64,000 nt of DNA from Verrucomicrobiota bacterium (GTDB lineage: Bacteria; Verrucomicrobiota; Verrucomicrobiia; Chthoniobacterales; Terrimicrobiaceae): the NCBI GenBank assembly GCA_039797215.1, contig JBDKIG010000001.1, positions 6,050 through 70,049 on the forward strand, in the 5' to 3' direction. The position numbers and the translations under genes are program-made. Shown here piece after piece: positions 55,537 through 64,000 of the stretch. Position 1 is the first letter of the stretch. Every line of letters starts with the position of its first letter. Below the pieces are notes generated by a model. It searched no databases. It was not told the origin of the DNA and was given only the letters and a program-made list of their open reading frames with translations.

Positions 55537-56352
55537 ATGCCGACTTTACCGAAAACGGTGACTTCCCTGCTCTGCGCGGCGGCCCTCACCGGCGTTTGCG
55601 TGGCACAGAAGCCCGCCGACTCCATCGACCTCAAAGAATTTCCCGCCCAATCTATCGACGATGTCGTCGTGCCCGTGCCCAGCGAGGTTTTCGGCGTGCT
55701 CGACAAACTCGGCAACCCGAACTGGCGCGGCGAGCAGCGGGAGAATTTGGGAAAACAAACAGGCAACCGCGCCCAAGTCGCCCTGCTTCTTGGCACCGTG
55801 ATCGCGGAGGGGTTTGTGGCCGTGGAAGCCGAGGATCCCGAGCGCGTGAAGGAAATCGGCCGGCGTGTCCTCTCGCTCTCAAAAGCGATCAATGTGGAAA
55901 AAGCCGTGCTCGAGCGCGCCAAAAGCATCACCGACAAGGCCGAGGTGAAGGATTGGCAAGCCGTGCGCAAGGAATTCGACGGCGCCCTCCAGGATGTAAA
56001 AGGCGCCATGGAGGAACTCGGCGATAACGAACTCGCCCAACTCGTCAGCATGGGCGGCTGGATTCGCGGCACCGAGGTATTAACCTCCATCGTCCGAAAA
56101 ACCTACACGCCCGACAGCGCGGAACTCCTCCACCAACCTCTCCTGCTGGATTATTTTTCCAAACAACTCGGTTCCCTCTCGAGCAAGCGCCTCTCAAACG
56201 ACCGATTTGTTGTTCGCGTCCGCAAGATGCTCGAGGACATCCGTCCCCTCATCGGCGCGAAAGACGGCGATAACATTTCCTTGGACAATGTGCAGAAGAT
56301 CAATGAAATGACACGCGAAACCGTCATCTCAATCACCGGTAAGGGAGCCTGA
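55537..56352 (+). CDS. Hypothetical secreted, mostly helical protein
   Basis: From the ATG at 55537: a signal peptide (MPTLPKTVTSLLCAAALTGVCVA), then a charged helical sequence. No family recognised. Confidence 0.6.
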   Translation: MPTLPKTVTSLLCAAALTGVCVAQKPADSIDLKEFPAQSIDDVVVPVPSEVFGVLDKLGNPNWRGEQRENLGKQTGNRAQVALLLGTVIAEGFVAVEAEDPERVKEIGRRVLSLSKAINVEKAVLERAKSITDKAEVKDWQAVRKEFDGALQDVKGAMEELGDNELAQLVSMGGWIRGTEVLTSIVRKTYTPDSAELLHQPLLLDYFSKQLGSLSSKRLSNDRFVVRVRKMLEDIRPLIGAKDGDNISLDNVQKINEMTRETVISITGKGA

Positions 56353-56357
56353 TTCTC

Positions 56358-56780
56358 GTGAGAAAATCCCTGCTCATTTTCCTCCCCCTCCTCGCCCTCG
56401 CCCCGGTTTTTGCCTATGTGGACGACGCGCTGTCGTTCGCCTACGAAGCCGCCACGCCGTTCGTGAAGCAGGGCTTCAATGTCCGCGAGGACGCTTGGGG
56501 CGGCGACCTCGGAGTCAAAGACAAGCAGGCGATCCAAGCTCAACTTTTCAAAGGCAACAACTACATCTTCTGCCTTGGCACGGATGTGAAAAAAGCCGTT
56601 CTCTCCCTTGCGATTTATGATTCCGACGGCCAACTCGTCAGTGAAGAGACCTCCCGCCCCGGATACCTCGTCACCACGAAAGTTGCCCCCAAAAAGACCG
56701 GCACCTACTATGCCATCGTCACCGTGCACAAATCCCCCGTGGAGCGCACCGGATGGGCCTTGGTTTATGCTTACAAGTAG
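56358..56780 (+). CDS. Hypothetical secreted small beta-rich protein
   Basis: GTG start 6 nt after the previous gene, a signal peptide (MRKSLLIFLPLLALAPVFA), and 140 aa in total. No family recognised. Confidence 0.6.
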   Translation: MRKSLLIFLPLLALAPVFAYVDDALSFAYEAATPFVKQGFNVREDAWGGDLGVKDKQAIQAQLFKGNNYIFCLGTDVKKAVLSLAIYDSDGQLVSEETSRPGYLVTTKVAPKKTGTYYAIVTVHKSPVERTGWALVYAYK

Positions 56781-56795
56781 TTCGCCGAGATTTTG

Positions 56796-57767
56796 ATGGA
56801 AACCCTCACCCTCGAATTCGAAAACGCCCGGATCGCCCAGTCCCTCTACGCCGGCGATCCCAAGCTCCTCAAAGATCTCGAGGCTCGATTCGGCGTCCGC
56901 ACCACTGCCCGCGATGGATGGATTCGCTTTGAAGGCGAAAAATCCGCCCTCGATCTAGCACGAAGCGTTTTTGATCAACTCGAGAAGGCCACCAAACAAG
57001 GCGTCACCATTCAACGCCAAGAATTTCAACAAGCCCTCGATTCCGTATCCCCCGGTGCTGCGGCAGAACCTCTCTCGAGCCTGATCGAGACGAAAATCCA
57101 CTGCTCCCCCCGCAAACCTCCGGTTGTTCCCCGCACCGCTGGGCAAAAAGCCTACCTTCAATCGATCCAAAGCCACGACATCACCTTCGGAGTCGGCCCC
57201 GCCGGAACTGGGAAAACCTACCTCGCTGTCGCCTGCGCTGTTTCCGCGCTCAAGCAGGAAAAAATTAAACGCATCGTTCTGACTCGTCCAGCCGTCGAGG
57301 CCGGCGAGGCTTTGGGTTTCCTGCCCGGCGCGTTAGAGGAAAAAATTCTGCCCTACCTGCGACCACTCTACGACGCTCTGCACGACCTACTTGAAGCCGA
57401 AGAACTTCAGAAGCTCATGGACCGCAATATTATCGAGATCGCTCCCCTAGCCTACATGCGCGGCCGCACGCTCGGAAATTCATTTGTGATTCTGGACGAG
57501 GCGCAGAATACGACCGCCGAGCAAATGCTCATGTTCCTCACCCGCCTTGGCATCGGATCAAAATGCGTCGTCACCGGCGATGTCACCCAGATCGACCTGC
57601 CGCGCAACAAACTCAGTGGCCTCGTCGAAGCCGCCTCCGCCCTTCGTGATGTGAAGGGAATCGGCATGCATTTCTTCTCAGAAAAAGATGTCGTCAGGCA
57701 TCCATTGGTTCAGTCTATCGTCTTGGCCTACAAGGACCACAGAGGATCCCGGGAGAGTCGGATTTAA
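56796..57767 (+). CDS. phoH: PhoH-family ATPase
   Basis: It has Walker A GPAGTGKTYLA, plus LTRPAVEAGEALGFLPG and ILDEAQN. The ATG at 56796 is preferred over the TTG at 56793. Confidence 0.93.
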   Translation: METLTLEFENARIAQSLYAGDPKLLKDLEARFGVRTTARDGWIRFEGEKSALDLARSVFDQLEKATKQGVTIQRQEFQQALDSVSPGAAAEPLSSLIETKIHCSPRKPPVVPRTAGQKAYLQSIQSHDITFGVGPAGTGKTYLAVACAVSALKQEKIKRIVLTRPAVEAGEALGFLPGALEEKILPYLRPLYDALHDLLEAEELQKLMDRNIIEIAPLAYMRGRTLGNSFVILDEAQNTTAEQMLMFLTRLGIGSKCVVTGDVTQIDLPRNKLSGLVEAASALRDVKGIGMHFFSEKDVVRHPLVQSIVLAYKDHRGSRESRI

Positions 57768-57814
57768 AATCCTGCTTGAACCTCCCGCCTTTGGCCATTT
57801 GAATTATAAACAAA

Positions 57815-59401
57815 ATGTTCGGATTTTTTAAGCGCTGGCGCCTGATCGGCCAGGGTCGTGATTGCGGCAAGCGACGCCGCACGATCGAGGAAAGTGAGTT
57901 TTTCGATGCCTTGGAAACGGGTTGGGCGATGCGTGCCATCATCCTCACCGCCTTCGTGGCGGGACTCGCCGGGTTGATTTTTACCGGCATCCAAGAGGAG
58001 CCCGCCAAGAAATTCCTCCTGTGCCTCCTGATCTTCGTCACCGCCGTGGCGCAATTGTGGATCAACCACCCGCAAACGATGCTCACGAACTCGCGCCTCG
58101 GCGTGGTTTTCGGAATTCTCCTGACCCAACTCGCTGTCATCAAAATTATTTTGTCGCAAGCCGCCAGCGGTGCGCTCGACCTGCAACTCGCCCCGCTTCT
58201 CATTCCCTACGCCTTCGCGCCCCTCGTTCTTTCCGTGCTACTTGGGCGAAATCACGGCCTCTACGCGGCGGTTTTCTCGAGCCTCTGGGGATCGCTTTTG
58301 ATCGGAGGGATCGATCCCGTTTTTCTCGTCATCTCGTTGATCACCGGATTCATTGCCGTGTTTGTGACTCTGCAGGTTCGGCGCCGGAGCCGCCTCGTCC
58401 GAGCCGGAGTTTCCGTCGGACTCGCCACTTGGGTCCTTGCCGCCACCTTCGGCCAGATCGGCCCGATCATTTGGGAGCTCCCCGCGCAAACGGATTGGGC
58501 CATGGTCGGCTGGCAAAGTCTCGCTGCTTTTGCAACAGGCATCGCCACGGCCGTCGTCGTCAGCGGCATCCTGCCGATGATTGAGCATCTTTTCAAAATC
58601 ACGACCGACATTTCCTGGCTGGAAATGACCGACCTCAACCACCCCGTGCTCAAGCGACTCAGCATGGAGGCCCCCGGGACCTACCACCACAGCCTTGCTG
58701 TCGCCAATCTCGCCGAAGCCGCCGCCGAATCCATCGGCGCGAATCCTACCATCTGCCGTGTGGCCTCGTATTTCCACGACATCGGAAAACTCCTTAAACC
58801 CGAATACTTCACTGAAAATATGCACCAAGGGGAAAACCCCCACGACGACCTCACCCCGACCATGAGCGCCCTCATCATCATCGCTCATGTAAAGGAAGGC
58901 GTGGACCTCGCCCTCAAGCACAAACTCAACGACGAAATCATTGATATTATTCGCCAGCACCACGGCACCTCGACCGTTTCGTATTTCCACCATCGGGCTC
59001 TTCAGCAACAGGAAGACGCCCGCCTTGGTGGAAAAATCATGAACCTCCGCGAGGATGATATTCCCGAGGTGAGTGAGGACAGTTTCCGCTACCCCGGCCC
59101 GCGCCCGCAAACCCGAGAAGCCGCCATCGTTTCCCTCGCCGACTCGATCGAAAGCGCCTCACGAAGCCTGGAACGCCCGACCCCTCAACGCATCGACGAC
59201 CTCGTTCGCTCGATCCTGCGCGATCGCCTCAACTCCGGCCAACTCGACGAAGCCCCCTTAACCATCGCCGAAATCTGGCGCATCGCCGACAGCTTCCGTT
59301 TTTCCCTCGTCAACATGCTCCACGCCCGGGTCGCCTACCCCAAACGAGACAACCACGAAGCCCCCACCCCCGAGAAACGCGAGCAAAAATCCGCCGCCTG
59401 A
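57815..59401 (+). CDS. 7TM-HD membrane phosphohydrolase (PgpH/YqfF-like)
   Basis: It has seven TM segments followed by an HD domain (HHSLAVANLAEAAAESIG...YFHDIGK...HHG). It is in the conserved position after phoH. Confidence 0.85.
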   Translation: MFGFFKRWRLIGQGRDCGKRRRTIEESEFFDALETGWAMRAIILTAFVAGLAGLIFTGIQEEPAKKFLLCLLIFVTAVAQLWINHPQTMLTNSRLGVVFGILLTQLAVIKIILSQAASGALDLQLAPLLIPYAFAPLVLSVLLGRNHGLYAAVFSSLWGSLLIGGIDPVFLVISLITGFIAVFVTLQVRRRSRLVRAGVSVGLATWVLAATFGQIGPIIWELPAQTDWAMVGWQSLAAFATGIATAVVVSGILPMIEHLFKITTDISWLEMTDLNHPVLKRLSMEAPGTYHHSLAVANLAEAAAESIGANPTICRVASYFHDIGKLLKPEYFTENMHQGENPHDDLTPTMSALIIIAHVKEGVDLALKHKLNDEIIDIIRQHHGTSTVSYFHHRALQQQEDARLGGKIMNLREDDIPEVSEDSFRYPGPRPQTREAAIVSLADSIESASRSLERPTPQRIDDLVRSILRDRLNSGQLDEAPLTIAEIWRIADSFRFSLVNMLHARVAYPKRDNHEAPTPEKREQKSAA

Positions 59402-59407
59402 GCGGGC

Positions 59408-59824
59408 TCAGCCGACCCAGTCAAACCGCATATCCTGCACCACCTCAGGATGCAGGCTCAGGTGAACTGGACAACTTTTCGCCGCCGCCTCGAGCATCGC
59501 CCGCTTTTCGTGCGAAGCCGGTAGCGGAATGGTGAAAACCACCGTCAACTTCGCGATCCGACGGGGAGGCTGCGGCGTCATTTCTTTGAGCACCTTCACC
59601 TTCGTGTCGCCGAGATCCACCCCCTGCTTGCGCGCAGCGATTCCCATGATCGTGAGCATGCAGGCCCCGAGCGAAGTCGCCGCCAGATCAGTCGGCGAAA
59701 ACGACTCACCCCGCCCCTCATTATCCACCGGCGCATCGGTCGTGATGACCGTCCCCGAAGCCTCATGCCGCGCCTCACACCGGAGGTCGCCCAGATATTT
59801 GATCGAGATTTCAACCATGGCCAA
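59408..59824 (-). CDS. OsmC/Ohr-family protein
   Basis: 138 aa with SPTDLAATSLGACM and SCPVH motifs, giving the two conserved Cys contexts of the OsmC family. Confidence 0.85.
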   Translation of the reverse strand: MAMVEISIKYLGDLRCEARHEASGTVITTDAPVDNEGRGESFSPTDLAATSLGACMLTIMGIAARKQGVDLGDTKVKVLKEMTPQPPRRIAKLTVVFTIPLPASHEKRAMLEAAAKSCPVHLSLHPEVVQDMRFDWVG

Positions 59825-59871
59825 AGCCTACCCCGATCCTCGCGATTTTGTCTCGGGAAGAATCAATTCCC

Positions 59872-60330
59872 TCAAATCAACCTTGAATCGAAGGCAAAAG
59901 GAACCGGCTTGCCGATGTAGATTTTGTGGAAGTCGGGATGCTTCGGGTTGATCAGATAGTTTGTCTCGGAGGGGATGATGACGCTCGGGAGTTCCAGCAC
60001 GGCTGAGCGAGCTTTCCTCACCCAGAGATCGCCAATGGCTTGAGAGGATGGCGGGGGCGGTTCCTCGCACCAATCGGAAGGCAGTGTTGATGGGATCACC
60101 GATTCAACCAACGAGTCATCGAATGCCACCTCGATGGAGACACACCGTAATCGCAAGGGAGGATTGAGATGGACCAGTATCTCGAGCGCCGCCAGAGCCA
60201 TCGTGCCGCTGGCATAAACTACGGGGGTTCCGGGCGAGTTCCATCGCCCCCCAAAAAGTTTAGCTCCCTCGCCATCAAAGGCAGAGGTCGCATGCCGGTC
60301 CCTCACAATCCGCCAAGCACGCCTCTTCAC
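59872..60330 (-). CDS. RES-domain toxin (type II TA)
   Basis: The GTG start at 60330 forms a GTGA overlap with the antitoxin stop. It has the R...E...S context (GGRWNSPGTPVVYASGTMALAALEILVH; PSVIIPSETNYLINP), typical of RES-family toxins. Confidence 0.85.
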   Translation of the reverse strand: MKRRAWRIVRDRHATSAFDGEGAKLFGGRWNSPGTPVVYASGTMALAALEILVHLNPPLRLRCVSIEVAFDDSLVESVIPSTLPSDWCEEPPPPSSQAIGDLWVRKARSAVLELPSVIIPSETNYLINPKHPDFHKIYIGKPVPFAFDSRLI

Positions 60331-60818
60331 GAATAGACACCGTATTCGATACGACCGAGCAGGGTTTCGACCTCGCGGGCTCCAACCTCGGTTCGCGCAT
60401 AGTCCAACGGAACAGCACCACCGAGCCCGAACTGGGGAGCGCCCAACCATTGCTTGGCAGAGTCCAGATTGCCGAAGACCTGAAGGGCCTGCCCGAGAAG
60501 CTTGGCATAACGAACCACGCGATCGGAAACGGCCGGGGGAAGTTTTGCGGCTCCGCCCTTGCGCCGGTGAAATGTGGCCTTCGAAATCCCCAACATGGGA
60601 GCCAATTTGTCCGTCGGCACGGCGAGGCGGGTTTGAAGTTCAAGCAACTCCCGAAAAGGAAGCCCGACTTGAAGCGCCTCGACAAGTTTGGCGGGGGTAA
60701 ACCGGCCAGACTTGGTGGCAGGAGCGGATCCTTGGACACAAAACCTGACAACTCCCGCGCCGATTGTTCCAGCTTCAGCCCGATTGGCTACCTTGCGTTT
60801 CGATACGATAGTTCCCAT
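60327..60818 (-). CDS. Xre/MbcA/ParS-type antitoxin (HTH + DUF2384 toxin-binding domain)
   Basis: The C-terminal AKQWLGAPQFGLGGAVPLDYARTEVGAREVETLLGRIEYGVYS is the DUF2384 signature, and the middle region is HTH-like (LAPMLGISKATFHRRK). Confidence 0.8.
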   Translation of the reverse strand: MGTIVSKRKVANRAEAGTIGAGVVRFCVQGSAPATKSGRFTPAKLVEALQVGLPFRELLELQTRLAVPTDKLAPMLGISKATFHRRKGGAAKLPPAVSDRVVRYAKLLGQALQVFGNLDSAKQWLGAPQFGLGGAVPLDYARTEVGAREVETLLGRIEYGVYS

Positions 60819-60845
60819 ATGAGACTATGAATAGTCTCATATGGG
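60814..60845. promoter_or_regulatory. 14-bp perfect inverted repeat spanning the antitoxin start codon (candidate TA operator and/or katG 3' hairpin)
   Basis: CCCATATGAGACTA-TGAA-TAGTCTCATATGGG. The left arm contains the antitoxin ATG (60818..60816). The element lies 44 nt downstream of the katG stop. Confidence 0.5.
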
Positions 60846-60888
60846 CCAGAGTCAACTCTCCCCAATTGGGCCTAGCGCGGCGCTTTTT

Positions 60889-63072
<2,184 letters not shown>

Positions 63073-63163
63073 TTATAAGAATTGGAATTTTCAATACGAA
63101 TGCCGAGCCGAAATGGCTGCACTCACTTTCTTATCAAAAGGCCAAATGGCCATCGCGTGAAAT

Positions 63164-63200
63164 AAAAAAACTCCCCCGACTTCGAAGGGGGAGTGTTTTT
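63164..63200. terminator. Canonical bidirectional intrinsic-terminator structure inside the divergent katG/ABC intergenic region
   Basis: AAAAAAA-ACTCCCCC-GACTTCGAA-GGGGGAGT-GTTTTT: an 8-bp GC stem flanked by an A-run and a T-run. Confidence 0.5.
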
Positions 63201-63241
63201 CTTCCAACCCGGTTGTGCCAGGAGTTAGGATTCAACGCTTC

Positions 63242-64000
63242 ATGGTCAAGGTCGAACAACTCACAAAACGCTTCGGTGCCGTCGCCGCGGTGGATGGGAT
63301 CGACTTCACTGTGGAGAAGGGCGAGATCGTCGGATTCCTAGGGCCGAACGGAGCCGGCAAATCCACCACGATGCGGATGCTCGCGGGCTACTTGCCACCG
63401 ACCTCCGGCCGAGCCAGCGTGGCGGGGTTCGATGTTTTTTCCCAATCCCTCAAAGCTCGCGAACACATCGGCTACCTGCCGGAAAATGTCCCTCTCTACC
63501 TCGACATGCGCGTGGGGGAATTCCTCCGCTACCGAGCCGGGCTGAAGGGCGTGCCGAATCGTCGACTAACGGAACGCGTCGGCGATGTTCTCGAGATGTG
63601 CGGCCTCGATGATGTCGGAAAAAAAATCATCGGGCGGCTCTCGAAAGGATATCGGCAACGCGTAGGCCTCGCCGATGCGATGATCCACGAACCCGACCTC
63701 CTCATACTGGATGAGCCGACGATCGGGCTGGACCCAAACCAAATCCGCCTCGTCCGCGACCTCATCCGCAACCTCCGTCGCCACCACACGATCCTGCTCT
63801 CCACACACATCCTCCCCGAAGTGGAGATGCTTTGCTCGCGGGTCATCATTATTAACAAGGGCCGGATCGAGGCGATGGATACTCCACAAAATCTCCGCGC
63901 CCGCCTCGGCCAAGCCGGGCACATTCTTTTCGACGCCGTGGTCTCCGACCCCCGCGCTGCGGCGACGGCACTGCGCACACTCGAAGGCGTGCTGGCCGTG
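63242..64000 (+). CDS. ABC transporter ATP-binding protein (ABC-2/GldA-like subtype; 3' end beyond the window)
   Basis: My own translation from the ATG at 63242 gives MVKVEQLTKRFGAVAAVDGIDFTVEKGEIVGFLGPNGAGKSTTMRMLAG...LSKGYRQRVGLADAMIHEPDLLILDEPTIGLDP... (Walker A, signature LSKGYRQR, Walker B). It is open to position 64000, and is absent from the ORF track because it is truncated. Confidence 0.9.
   Translation, partial: MVKVEQLTKRFGAVAAVDGIDFTVEKGEIVGFLGPNGAGKSTTMRMLAGYLPPTSGRASVAGFDVFSQSLKAREHIGYLPENVPLYLDMRVGEFLRYRAGLKGVPNRRLTERVGDVLEMCGLDDVGKKIIGRLSKGYRQRVGLADAMIHEPDLLILDEPTIGLDPNQIRLVRDLIRNLRRHHTILLSTHILPEVEMLCSRVIIINKGRIEAMDTPQNLRARLGQAGHILFDAVVSDPRAAATALRTLEGVLAV

Noticed and set aside
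63529-63978. Minus-strand ORFs of 149 and 118 aa at the right edge.
   Set aside because: They are antisense to a clear ABC ATPase reading frame on the plus strand (Walker A, signature and Walker B all present).

Overview
This is a GC-rich, very gene-dense chromosomal window that reads as core genome of a diderm bacterium. It is probably PVC/Verrucomicrobiota-like, but that taxon call is inferred only from protein flavour and gene order. I can support about 65 protein-coding genes, 3 tRNAs (Trp-CCA, Thr-GGT, Ala-CGC), several hairpins and terminator-like structures, and a short dispersed intergenic repeat.

Layout:
- 1-19.2 kb, all on the minus strand: tRNA-Thr/tuf/tRNA-Trp/secE/nusG, then a long string with many ATGA or 1-nt start/stop overlaps (tyrA-aroA-cmk-plsC-small ORF-..., accA, lptF/G, peptidases, parA, amidase).
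- 19.2-23.9 kb, plus strand: ymdB-like, MATE, IMPase-like, DUF374, folD.
- 29.2-44.2 kb: one co-directional plus-strand string, nusA-infB-rbfA-nrnA-truB-ribF. It runs without a break into a fused circularly permuted ATP-grasp/alpha-E protein and two transglutaminase-fold proteins, then SDR, a polyprenyl synthase, a membrane protein and a secreted transglutaminase-like/TPR protein.
- 44.2-64 kb: tex, cysteine desulfurase, rpoN, ileS-lspA, heptose genes, phoH-pgpH, osmC, katG and an ABC ATPase cut by the right edge.
- Accessory inserts: only two small toxin-antitoxin modules, MazF/PemK-like at 53.4-53.9 kb and RES-Xre at 59.9-60.8 kb.

No rRNA, CRISPR array, transposase, integrase or phage genes were seen.

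The most system-like item is the ATP-grasp/alpha-E/transglutaminase module (35.6-39.8 kb), which appears hard-wired to the translation-factor operon. Its domain families are known from comparative genomics, but its function is undefined as far as I know. I did not find a clearly unprecedented multi-gene system. The other points worth a second look are small-scale: the dispersed ACCACAGAGGACACAGAG element, a 14-bp perfect palindrome on the RES-Xre start codon, a terminator inside the divergent katG/ABC region, and two apparent pseudo-enzymes.

All functional calls come from reading the translated ORFs by eye. No searches were run.
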